Below, one piece after another: positions 1 through 11,275 of a stretch of 64,000 bases of DNA (its first letter is position 1; each line of letters starts with the position of its first letter). The stretch lies in assembly GCA_011109175.1 (NCBI GenBank), contig RDEW01000027.1, positions 672,511 to 736,510 on the forward strand, written 5' to 3'. A model generated the notes under the pieces. That model saw nothing but the letters and a program-made list of their open reading frames with translations. It ran no database searches and was not told the origin of the DNA. Source of the DNA: Dicyema japonicum (Eukaryota > Animalia > Dicyemida). The position numbers were made by a program, and so were the translations under genes.

Positions 1-314
1 TTTCCAAATAAAAATACAGTGCATGTGCAATATGAAGGGGAATTCCACAGTTCTTAACGAATCACCCTCCTACTATCAAGATATCACTACTATTGGCATG
101 GCTACGCTATTCAAAGAGTTATTGGAATTCAATCTACAAATGTCACCGTGTGAACGAGCGGATAATAGTCTCAAGTCACACATAGGAACTTAATTAGTAC
201 AATTGACATTTTTTCAATGATAGTGCTACTTGGCCAGGAAAAATCCCCAAAATATACCGCAAAAAAATAATTCGAATATTCAAAATTACAGAAGGATGAA
301 GCAAATTATAATCA

Positions 315-700
315 TCAGAGCCGTTTTTTAGCAAAAGTCGGAGTTTCAGGCACTGTCAGTTTATAGGGGTTATGAGTGGCAGTTCTTGAGTTTTATATAA
401 AGATTCGGGAACAGGCTGAGCCTTTAACAATGTCAGATTCATATTCGTAGTTTCCTAACTGCAGGTTTGGTGTTTCTTTAATCAATACTTTAACTCACCC
501 TCTTTTAATTTTCGGGTAATTTGATTTCAGATCTTTTTGTCCTGATGGCTAAAAAAATTGAATTCTTGAGGAATCGTTGGCTTACGTGTTCGATCTAAGG
601 TTTATATAAATCATACTGAATTCTCTTCAAGCAAGGGTAGGAGGAATTGGTGGTGTTTACTCGAACTTCTGCTAATAAATCTAAGATGATTTGATTAGCG
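315..700 (-). pseudogene. possible TPX2-like C-terminal motif remnant (frame-disrupted)
   Basis: Minus-strand pieces read KPTIPQEFNF, LKAQPVPESLY and KLTVPETPTFAKKRL*, which resemble TPX2 repeat and C-terminal motifs. They need a frameshift and cross an in-frame TGA, and no clean intron model was found. Confidence 0.3.
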
Positions 701-839
701 TTGTAATATTTGATTTAATTATTATTTTTATTTTGAGTTATTAGCTTTTTATATTTGGGATCATATATTTAATTGGAATATCTTTAACACTAAGAAATTG
801 ATTCACTGTTAAACATTGATATCCCTATTGTGCCAGCTT

Positions 840-1050
840 TGACTCGACGAGTGACGCCGTCATTAGTGAATCTACCAGCTGACTCGGATCGTCTACAAAA
901 TGTCTCAAACCAAACAAAAAGAAAACAGAAGTGAAAATCCTTGGTTCTCTTTCATCGATTAGTTGTGATAACTATTCTTCACTTGACATTAAGTTTGTGT
1001 TATGCCCAGGAGGAGCTATAGGTAATGTGACATTTCATAAAGTGTAGTAA
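840..1050 (+). repeat. 5'-truncated copy of interspersed tRNA-derived repeat family A
   Basis: Shares ACGAGTGACGCCGTCAT..., CCTTGGTTCT and ...GGAGCTATAG blocks with copies at 34415, 46629, 57735 and 59115. Confidence 0.8.
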
Positions 1051-1232
1051 TATTAGGGTTATTTATGTGCTATAATGCACGAATTTTTTTATTTTATATT
1101 TTATTAAATTAAAATAAAAGTAATTTTTATCATGTTTTATTTATTAAAAAAACCTATTTTGTAAATGAGCGATTGAAGTTTTGCTAAAAACTGTAAACTC
1201 GTAATTTTCTAGGATCTCCTTCTTTTGGAACT

Positions 1233-1750
1233 TTGTTTAACCTTGTTTATAAGTATGACTTTCTTGCAAACGAGATGGGGCAGATGCTTGGTTGCAAGGT
1301 CCTCGTTATTCCTATAGTAATGACGTGGGAAGGAATTGCAACAAAGTACCACAAGGGTTATCTGAAGCAGTTGGGGGTAGATAGGAAGCTCCAGGCCTAT
1401 CTACAGTCCACTGTGTTAAAGCGGACCCTAGAGAGCCTGACACTGGAGTATAGGAGGCAGANAAGGTCCTCGTTATTCCTATAGTAATGACGTGGGAAGG
1501 AATTGCAACAAAGTACCACAAGGGTTATCTGAAGCAGTTGGGGGTAGATAGGAAGCTCCAGGCCTATCTACAGTCCACTGTGTTAAAGCGGACCCTAGAG
1601 AGCCTGACACTGGAGTATAGGAGGCAGAGCCCTGAGATGCCATATGGGCAGAGGGTTCAATTAGACAAAGCGCTCTCGGAGTTGTTTCAGCAACCAGAAT
1701 CGAACCTGCCTGAGGAGGCTGGCGAACAGGCAGGCGAGGAAGGTTGTTGA
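1233..1750 (+). mobile_element. R4/Dong-like non-LTR retrotransposon C-terminus (restriction-like endonuclease end)
   Basis: KYDFLANEMGQMLGCKVLVIPIVMTWEGIATKYHK matches the K*KY..L / IIP.V..W.G end of RLE-type LINEs. Same family at 49890-50550. Internal duplication around the n at 1462. Confidence 0.75.
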
Positions 1751-2075
1751 TTAATAAATATATTAACTTTTTTATTGTTTAATTGCAATTCACCTTCAAA
1801 ACATTTTCTCTAAAAATATTAGTATTATAGGCATTTCAATTAAAACAAATTATAGCCTGTTTAGTCNTTTTATTCTTCAATAAATTGTTATTATTAAAAA
1901 AATTTTTTTATATTAGTATTAATTGCAATTCACCTTCAAAACATTTTCTTTAAAAATATTAGTATTATAGGCATTTCAATTAAAACAAATTATAGCCTGT
2001 TTAGTCAATTAATAAATATTTTGCCTCAGAAAATCTTATTATTTTAAATACCCACGAATTACGTTAATTCGGTTT

Positions 2076-5000
2076 ATGAGTGCTATAGCATCGTTAATTC
2101 TGTCTCATCAAATCTTTAACTATTATCGTAATTTCGGTGATGTATACGTCATTTTACAAAATTTCGATTCAATACAAATAAAATATTGCCGAAATATATC
2201 AAAAGATTTATTTTCAACAAATTATTTATTTAACACATTTTCTAAATGTTCTAAGAACTGTGGAGTTGGAGTACAATGGAAAGAAACGTATGATTACCCC
2301 AAAATAAAAATCAATCGTCAGTGTTTTGAGAAGGTGTGTGATCAAAGTGAAGACAGTTTTATCGACAATTCGAAAAATTCAATTCAAAATATAAAGTTAA
2401 CAACCACAACATCTGTGATTACTAAGCTTTGAGAAGGTGTGTGATCAAAGTGAAGACAGTTTTATCGACAATTCGAAAAATTCAATTCAAAATATAAAGT
2501 TAACAACCACAACATCTGTGATTACTAAATTGACTTTCACATCGTCTACAACAGAAACATCAACCACGCCAACATCACTTACAATCCCAGCGGAAATCGT
2601 GTTGGACACAATAGTGTTATTTGAGGAAAAGTGGAATAGTAGAGAAATTATTGAAGGATGTTCAAAGGAGTGTGGATTTGGGACGATGAAGATTCTGAAA
2701 AAGCACATGGAAAAAGGCAAGGTAGTAGAAGCTATCGAAGAAATCCCCTGTTTCCTGAAAATGTGTCGAAGTAACTTGATTATTCACATTTTAAAGATAT
2801 TGACGGACAGTGGAGCGATTGGAGCGAATGGTCGGAATGTTTTCTCGAGAATTGTGCTGACCAGGAAATTAAATACCGACGTCGTAGCTGTGATAATCCC
2901 CCGCCACAAGGAAGTGGGAGATTCTGTGTGGGGGATGAAATTCAATTGTCTCCATGTATTGAAGGATGCGAGAATAACATTGGATTGTTCGAACTAACAG
3001 AAACAGGGATAAATCAAAGAAGATAAATATTAAAATATTTTTAGTTTCCCAAGTCCACTGCCCAAAGGTAACTGAAAAAAGGATTCTCTGGCCGGCGACC
3101 CCACTGAACACAACTTACTACCAAAAATGTCCAGGAAACAAGACAGGCATGATTAAATAACCATTAAAGGAATAATATCTAGGAATTGCGACGTTTTTGG
3201 AGAATGGATGAACCCCGATTATTCGAACTGTTCAAATCCATTCGTGGATAACATGAATAACAGAGTGGGCCTCGATTGAGGAATTTTAGTTCGAGAAGGA
3301 ACGATACTATGAAAATCAAACTAAGCTGATCGAGGCACAAATTTTAATAAAACGAGAATGCCGGTCTCTGAACATCATGAATCCGTCAGAAATGGAAAAG
3401 TGCCTAAATATTAGCAGAAAAATATTTTTATTACACTTGGACGACGATCACAAGGTTTTACACAATTTAATCGTAAATTACTTAAAAGTAGGGTTTCCCA
3501 ATCATTTAGACATTTATTCAGATAGAATCCATCAGTTTAAATCAAAAGGAATACCTGAATTTTAAATTCGCTGTATTTTGTTTATTTATTTCTCAGACGG
3601 AGACAATCACATCATCAACGATCTACGAGACCTTCAAATATATCAATGAGGGAATGCAACGAATGCTTCGCTGTAAAAGAATTGGGTGCGAGTTTTACTC
3701 CAAAAAGACTCTCAGTAGTGATTTGTAAAAATCCAAGAGATGTGCTATTCGAAATCATTGCCTGGAAACTTTAGGGGACTCTTTATCTCTTCAGATCCGG
3801 ACATCTTGTCTCTCGTAGAAACGATGACTTCATTTAAAAGTCTATACTCTACTGTGGAAATTTCAAAGGATATTTTTACCGGTAAATGTTGCCTTATTTT
3901 AGGCTTCCCAAGACACAAATTTATCGGAATTGGTGTTTACATTCAAAGTGGACTAGGAAAAAATATTGGAGCGTTTGAGGACAACGATCTTAACAAATTG
4001 AGGTAAACAGCGTACTCTATAAAGGGATTATGTGATAAATTCTGATGTTGTTGGAATACACGGGGAACCAGCAATTATGAGGAAGAAGTCTATCAGAATA
4101 AAATTCAAAATTGTCAGGGTACCAAATATTTGTAATTACAGCCTAACTACTTGTCGAAATGCGGCCGATTGGAGACTATCGACAATGAAGAGTACCCACG
4201 TGTTTTTATTTCAGGATTTGGATGGTATCGAATTGCTCTATGACTATAACAAACGAAGATTATATATGCGAGTGTTCAACGGGGGGAATATATTCCATCG
4301 TCAGCAACATGAATAGGAAAATTGTCTCGTGGATTTTTATTTTGGTAGACAAATTTAAAAAACGATGGTCCAATCACCACCTTGATATCCCTTTCAGCGA
4401 TATCCATATTATTAGTGACCCTGAATGTTTTGAATCTGTTACTCGTAAAGTAACGTTACTCGTAAATTTTTAGAGTTCACAATGAGCGGAGTTACTCCCA
4501 AATAATGCTTTCGGTTTGCATTCTGGCGACAAATATTATAGTTCTGATCATTTCGGAAGACCAAATAGACTACAAAGTGCGATTATACCTTACATTAGTT
4601 CAATTGCGTCATCATTTCAATTCTGTTGCATTACTCCAACTTATGTTCTTCCACGTGGAATATTTGTGTGCTGATAAGCTCAATAAGGAAGTTAAATGAG
4701 ATTCGAGACGAAAATGTTAAAGTGGATTATGGAGAAATCGGATTTACGGTTCCTGTAATTCCCGTGGCGGTCACGTTTATACTGAATGACGGGAAGTACA
4801 TAAACATAAATTAGTCCGAGGTTATAAATAAATCTAGTTGCTGGATGGACAGTTCTGGGAACATGTTGTGGAGTCTGTTCATCCCCCTCCTGAGTTCTTT
4901 CATTGTAATTGAATATTTTATAGATTAGGCCCAAGTTGTTCTCATCGAGCGATATCGTCATAAAAATAACGAAAACTTCACGTCATCTAAGCAGAAGAAA

Positions 5001-5334
5001 TGGTAAGCTTAGACACTCAGATTAGTAAACTAAAACTACTTTACGACGGACTGAACTCATTGATCCTCCACATTTGGCTATTCACAGCCGGGAGTTCACT
5101 TTACAGAAGAGAAACTGTGGTCAATATCATGGCAGGGGCATTTTCCGTGATCTCGGTATTACGCTGTGTTGTTTTAAGGCTGTGACAAGTCTAATTGTAA
5201 CTCAGCAATGTGCCCCCGAGGAGGATTACACTAAACCAGAGGAAAAAGTCCAGATCGTGAAATATAGCAGAATAACTAACGATGGGACTTTGAAAAGTGG
5301 TTATACTGCAGTGCGGTCTCGGTGGATGGTTTAA
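2076..5334 (+). CDS. adhesion GPCR (BAI/ADGRB-like architecture: TSP1 repeats, Thr-rich linker, HormR, GAIN/GPS, 7TM); about 18 tiny introns
   Basis: Spliced translation gives CSKNCGVG and CSKECGFG, a full TSP1 repeat (DGQWSDWSEWSEC...RRRSCDNPPPQGSGRFCVG), HormR (CPKVTEKRILWPATP...CPGNKTGIISRNCDVFGEWMNPDYSNC), GPS-like WMVSNC...CECS and hydrophobic helices with CWMD in ECL2. Stop TAA at 5332-5334. Introns are 21-26 nt. The 5' end is uncertain, and a 103-nt tandem duplication (2328/2431) breaks the frame. Confidence 0.85.
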
Positions 5335-5619
5335 ATTCTTATTTAAGTTTCAGAATAAGGAGAACAAGCCATACGTAATCGTGACTGAAGACGAAAGAAT
5401 AGAGTATCGTCAATAACTCTAATATCACTTATTAACTTGAATTACTTTTTTCTTTTAAAATTAACGATAATCAAAAATTATCATTTTTAATTTAATAATA
5501 ATATATAAATAGTAATGAATGTGATAGTCTCTTAGTTCAGTTTTTTGCTTGCGTGGCGCTATGTGGTTGTATGCGGCTAGTTTGTCAAAAATTATTTTTC
5601 TTCTTTCCGATTGCCTCAT

Positions 5620-5700
5620 ACCGTGTAAAAAAGAATCCCATCTATGTCAACAAGAAAATAAAAAAATTTCCCGCCTAAGGTTTAAATAAAAATATAATTG
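5620..5700 (+). repeat. ~80-bp dispersed repeat (second copy 11197-11275)
   Basis: TGTAAAAAAGAATCCCATCTATGTCAACAAGAAAATAAAAAATTTCCCGCC...TTTAAATAAAAATATAATT is nearly identical at both sites. Confidence 0.85.
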
Positions 5701-5890
5701 AGAAGACGCCCAATTCCTGGCCGGCATCAAGAGGATCCAACTATTCTTTCTCATGGAGACAATTTCGATACATGGAGACAAGTTCTGGGACGCTGGAACT
5801 AGTCAGGATCAAGGAGTTAGCTAGTTTGGTTACCCTTGGTTTTCGGAATAATTCCCAGTTAGTTAAGTAACCATCGGCTTCACTAACTTG
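5700..5890 (+). mobile_element. 3' fragment of Jockey/I-like LINE
   Basis: GACGCCCAATT.CTGGCCG.CATCAAGA...AGTCAGGATCAAGGAGTTAG is shared with 42920-43070, which follows LINE RT C-terminal sequence. Confidence 0.6.
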
Positions 5891-6859
5891 TAGAAGGCCA
5901 GCAGCTATTAAAAAGGACCCAGATGATAGTCTCTTAGAGCACCTTATTGATTAATTAAATGAAAATTCGAGCTGATGTGCATGTCCTCTTGACTGATTTA
6001 GTCCCTTGTCCACCTTTTCACGTGTGGCCATATTAATTAACGTCTCAAAAAACGTCAGACAGACGATATTTCTAACTGAAGAAGCGTTCGATATGGTAAT
6101 GTTTGGAGTTCGAATATTGTTTGGCTTATAAGGTCATTTTCTTTGAAGAAGGAACGATTAGGCAAGATTATCACTGAAATCTTGAGAATGCCGTTCTTAT
6201 TTACTTTGTAGATAAATTTATTTTAAATATGGCGTGTAGCGTAGTGTCTAGCACTGTTATTCCACATTTGGTTGAAGGATTTCCTTTCTGCTCTTTGTTT
6301 TCTTCAACTCCTAGAGATGTCACTGAATCCACCTAACTCAGGAGAAGCTCAACATAAAGTCAGAATTCACAAAAATTTGTCCCTTCTCTACTCTAGTTGA
6401 GGGGTGGGGGATACTTATAAAAAACGAGATGATAAAAATGATCTGTCCCACTTTGACCAAAGAGACTGGATAAGACCTGTTTCAGGAATATCCGGGGTTA
6501 TCAAAAAAATATGGCGTGTCATATAATTTTACCATGGTGATTTTTTAAGTACATTTGGATTATAATTAATGCTTACTTTTAACAGAGAAAAGACAATAAA
6601 GCTTAATTGTAAATAATAATCCAAATCGACAGTATTCCTAATTGAATAGTCCCTACTTTCTCGTGAACTTTAAAATTAAACCAGTTTTATAAAAATAATG
6701 GACATGACTGATGATTGAATGACGTTTTATCGACTATTTCGACATATTAAGAAATATGCCATTTCTGCACAATTAGCGCTTTGATTGATCCGCCAATGTA
6801 AACTTACATTAACGATTTTTGCTGTGTTATATATGTTTCTTTATTGCCGTTAAACTAGA

Positions 6860-8508
6860 ATGGGATCCGATGCAACGCTAAGTTAGAAATTTCGTGTATT
6901 GTAGAGAACCATAAAATAACTACAAAGAGATTAGACTTTAAAGACATTTTTGATAAGGAAAATAACAGAATTGATATACAAAAACTGAAAGCTCATCAAT
7001 ATGCAGAAGGGAGGCTCACTGAAGGAGCAGCATTGAAGATCATTACAATGGGAACTGGTTTTTTTAGAAAAGAGGCAAATATTGTCCCCATTGACTCGGA
7101 ATCTGTAACAAGTAAATTTCGATCATATTCTTTCTAGTATGCGGAGACATCCATGGACAATACTACGATCTTATTCGCCTTTTTGAAGTCGGAGGAGATC
7201 CATCAACTTGCAATTATCTCTTCTTAGGGGATTACGTCGATCGGGGATCTTTTTCTATTGAAGTATTCCGTAAGCAAATATTTATTAGTGTGTCCTTCTC
7301 TTATGGGCGATCAAAATAAATCACCCCAATGATATTATTTTGCTGAGGGGGAATCATGAATGTCGGCATTTAACAACCTACTTCACATTCAAAACAGAAT
7401 GTAGTCTGATGTGGACATTTAGGCCTTTTGAAATATTCTCTAGAATTATATAATATCTGTATGGAGTCCTTCGATGCCCTACCAATCGGGGCCTTAGTCA
7501 ATAATCAGTTTTTATGTATACATGGGGGACTTTCTCCTGATATTCATACATTGGCCGATTTTAATTCCGTTTGCCGTTATTTTAACATTTTAGATCAACA
7601 GAGTACAAGAACCTCCCTCTTCTGGTCCCCTATGCGATATTCTTTGGGCAGATCCTTCAGAAAAATACGACTCAGAATTGAAAAAAGACGGATTTACCTT
7701 CAACGTTGTCAGAGGCTGCTCATATTCATTCTCATATGGAGCCTGCTGTGCTTTTATAAACAGAAACAATCTCCTCTCTGTAATAAGAGCTCACGAGGCT
7801 AAAGACGCAGGGTATAGGCGCTTTTAACAGTAAGTTATCGAATGTACTCAAAAAACCCTAAAACTGGGTTTCCTTCACTGATCACCATTTTCTCAGCCCC
7901 CAATTATTTGGACGTTTATGATAATCGTGGTGCTGTTTTAAAATTCAAAAACAACGTTTTGACTGTCCAACAGTTCAAGTCCAGTCCACATCCCTATTGG
8001 CTTCCAAATTTCATGAATGCCTTTACATGGTCCCTACCTTTTGCCGTCGAGAGAATAACCGAAATACTATCGGAGATTCTCAATGTCTGCAATGAAAAGG
8101 ACTTTGAGGACGATGATTCTTCACTCTCTTATAGTTTTATATTTTGAGCATATTAAGTAAAGCTTCTGACCAGTCTCAGAGTCGTGCGGATGTAATAAAG
8201 TCCAAAATTAAAGCAGTGGGTCGACTAGCCCACTCCTTCTCCATTTTAAGGATGATTTTTTTCTAATGTGCTAGAGAAGAGAGAGAGTGCATAGTTCAGC
8301 TCAAAGGCTTAATGCCAAACAAAGTACTTCCTTCGGGAGTTATCGTCGAGGGGAGAGAGGGGATAAGAGCAGGTTTGTAATTTTATAACTTCAAGCCCTT
8401 TCTGAGATTGGAGTCAAAAATACTGATAAAATATCCACATTTGAGGACGCCAAACTGGTTGATAAAATAAACGAGCGAATTCCACCGAAAGCATCCATTA
8501 ATAAATAA
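6860..8508 (+). CDS. PPP3C: calcineurin A (Ser/Thr protein phosphatase 2B catalytic subunit), 9 introns of 22-29 nt
   Basis: Spliced protein has [49 protein letters not shown] (CnB-binding), [10 protein letters not shown] (CaM-binding) and [17 protein letters not shown] (autoinhibitory). Introns: 6882-6904, 7112-7137, 7263-7288, 7401-7422, 7569-7593, 7812-7834, 8134-8162, 8251-8274 (GA-AG), 8373-8395. Confidence 0.97.
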
Positions 8509-8574
8509 TTTACTGCTAAACATACTAATATTGTGTCTCCACTAAATAATACGATTTATTTATTATTTTTATGG

Positions 8575-8880
8575 TCCATGGCCGCGTGGTGCCATGTGAT
8601 CTCACGTGGATACTTGACTGAAAATTCTCTTTCTTCGTTGCGTCATCGGATCTACCTCACTCAGGAGACGCCCATGCCTGCCTGTATTTAAAAGGATTCA
8701 TCTCTTCATTACATCTGAAGACTATTTCGTTCCCTGGCGACGAGTTCTGGCTTTAACCTTAGTTTCCAGGACAATATCTTATGGATCACTGCACTCGGAT
8801 GGAGGGTCTACTAGAACCCGTCAGAGTCATGGGATTTTTAGTATGGTTTTACCCTTGTCCTTGGAATAATTTCATTTGAG
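8575..8880 (+). mobile_element. LINE 3'-end fragment (related copy 19040-19255)
   Basis: GTCATCG(G)ATCTAC..ACTCAGGAGACG.CC.ATGCCTG...GACTATTTCG.TCCCTG.CGA is shared with 19050-19250 and resembles Jockey-like 3' ends elsewhere in the window. Confidence 0.55.
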
Positions 8881-8959
8881 AGACGTATTGCGACAAAAGT
8901 GATTACTGAATCTCACGACTAGCGGTGTTTTCTGAAAATAAAAAATAATCGAATACAAA

Positions 8960-9390
8960 AAACGTTTAAGAATTTATTAAATCAATATTTTCAATATATA
9001 ATTAATTCCATTTCATCGGAAATACCGTCAGATTCATTCTCTAATTCAACATATGCAACATTGCTCTTTTCAGATTTTTTGCTAAATTAACTGTAGCCTT
9101 GAATACAAAAAATCAAGAGGAAATCTTTGCCTCTTGGTGCAATTCCGCAGCATTCTAAACTTTTTATTATTGACATTGGTGTTATTTTATTTATTGAAAT
9201 TGATGTCAATTGCAAAACACATTTCCAGATTGTCCGTTTTCGATAACCTTTTGGTGTAAATTCTTTGACACCCAGACATCCACTTATCCCATTCATTTCT
9301 CAAATATGACTTGAATGCAGAATTAACCCTACATCCAATGGTTGAAGATATGGAGTTGTTTTCGTAGGCATAAACAGTACGTCAGTGTTT
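8960..9390 (-). mobile_element. pogo/Tigger-like (DDE_1) transposase remnant
   Basis: Minus strand reads LFMPTKTTPYLQPLDVG..SAFKSYLRNEWDKW...TPKG...IIKSLECCGI, the characteristic pogo C-terminal LQPLD motif, with frameshifts. Confidence 0.75.
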
Positions 9391-9951
9391 ATTAAATTAA
9401 TTTATAAAATTTAATTCAAAAAAAACGTGCAATTTTTCAGAAAATAAGCCCTTTTCAGAAAACCCCGGTAATTTTTTTTGGACAGTCAATCTGTGATCTT
9501 GAGGATGCCTACTATTTAATCCTTGACCTTAAAGATTTAAGGGAAAAACGTCATTTATTTATTGCCGCAGGATCACTTGTTTAAAAAAGAAAATAATGTC
9601 TTTGGCTAATCAAGTGATCTTAGACCGACAAAAAGGTCACTATCGGTAGGGACGGCCATCTTGAACAACTCTCCTTAACGGGCATGGAATCTCCTCATAT
9701 CTCTAGTGGTTTTTGATGAGGGTACTGTAGAGGGGGAAGTTTGAAAGGTTGACTATCTTATGAATTTTCGTAGTTGTTAGAGTAGAAGTGTTTAACGAAC
9801 TATAGATTCAGAATTAGGACCGATGATTCTTTGGGGGGTTCCTGAATTATTCAAAAATTGTGCATTGACAAAAAAGGTCAATGTTGATTAAATAAGCCGG
9901 TAGTAGATAATAGAGAAGCATCCATCGCTGCTTCCAAGAGTTTTTGAGATT

Positions 9952-10952
9952 ATGATCTTCATTCTCTTCATCGCTGCTCTCATCTTGTTTTCCACGTGTT
10001 TGGCAGAAAAAATCTCTGATCAAACAAGACTTCTAGTTGACTTGGATAATCGTACTATCAAGGAGGATTCTCGGTTTAATGTCATAGTTCTATTTACACT
10101 TAGTAAACGAAAGAGTGAAAAACTTTGTTTGGGAAACTTTGGGCTGTAGTTGAGCGAACCATGGGGTCAAAGTATCTGTAATTCATTGTACCCAAGTGGC
10201 TGCTTGATCACCTTTATCCTTGGCAGAGATTACTATATCATCGCATGGGACTCAGGATACTATTTTTGTTATTAAGTTGTAGCATATCATATATAAATAT
10301 GTCGAATAAAAACGGTCCAAAAAGACTTCCTCGAGGAACTCCATTGTAAAGGAGACGTGTCTTTGATTCCATGTTGTTGCATATTCCTGGGCTCGTTTTT
10401 AGTTTAAGAGGTTACCAGTGGAATTTTTATATTAGGATGAATGGTCGTGTCTTTTTGAAAATATTATCCTTGGTGGAGTCGACCATCTTATTTATATCGA
10501 CCGACATCAAACAGATCTTTGGTATGGCTTTGATGCGTTGAATCCATCAGTGAGAGACCAAAATTTTAAACGTAGAATTGTTGGCCCGAAAGCCGCGGTG
10601 GAAGCATTCTGCTAAATGAAAATTTATGCATATTACTGCTTCAGTACATCTTGGCGTATAATCACTGTAAAGTTTTCTAGAGCAACGCGTAGATATACGA
10701 TTCAGAGATTTTTTAGCCTTAAACATACGACTACTTCAGTGATCCACTCAAGTTTTTCTTGGCGATTCACATTATGTATTGTCGACTTGAATGGCAATAG
10801 GTACATAAGCAGGTAGGCAAAGTTTGTTCGGCTTCAAACGTCATTGGAGCTCGTTCCTTTACTTTGGTTCGTACGCACTCTTTAATTACTTAAGAAGGAA
10901 GCCACATAAAATATATTTTTCCACATACAAGACACTACTCGATGATTATTAG
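9952..10952 (+). CDS. multi-exon signal/anchor-bearing protein, possibly a divergent GT8 (GXYLT-like) glycosyltransferase
   Basis: Hydrophobic N-terminus MIFILFIAALILFSTCLA and several 19-26 nt GT-AG candidate introns. CLFENIILGGVDHLIYID...W..F..LNPS and GGSILLN resemble the GT8 LF.P.L..VD..LY.D / NSGVML motifs. Exon structure is not fully resolved. Confidence 0.35.
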
Positions 10953-11275
10953 AGCATTCGAAGATAATAACTAATTAATAATTTCTCTTTTTTTCCTCAA
11001 TGCAGACATTTCTATTATCCCACATTTGGGGTCGACAGAATTCGAACCCAGGTACTTTCGGACAAAGCATCCAATATCGAGGGGTAATTAAGTATTTGGT
11101 ATATCACCTTCAGTATATTGACCTCATGAGGTAGGCAGCATTCCTAGTCGACAAAAAATTATTAAACGATAGTCAAAACACCCAAATACTTAATACCATG
11201 TAAAAAAGAATCCCATCTATGTCAACAAGAAAATAAAAAATTTCCCGCCAAAAGTTTAAATAAAAATATAATTTT

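Noticed and set aside
6230-6290. tRNA-like A-box (TAGCGTAGTGTCTAGCA)
   Set aside because: No B-box or cloverleaf downstream.
10604-10620. Stop-codon reassignment (TAA read-through in AFC*MKIY)
   Set aside because: A 26-nt GT-AG intron at about 10550-10575 changes the frame before this point, and conserved genes end in TAA or TAG, so the standard code applies.
11025-11095. tRNA on the minus strand (GGGTTCGAATT)
   Set aside because: Only a B-box-like motif; the T-stem and acceptor stem do not pair.
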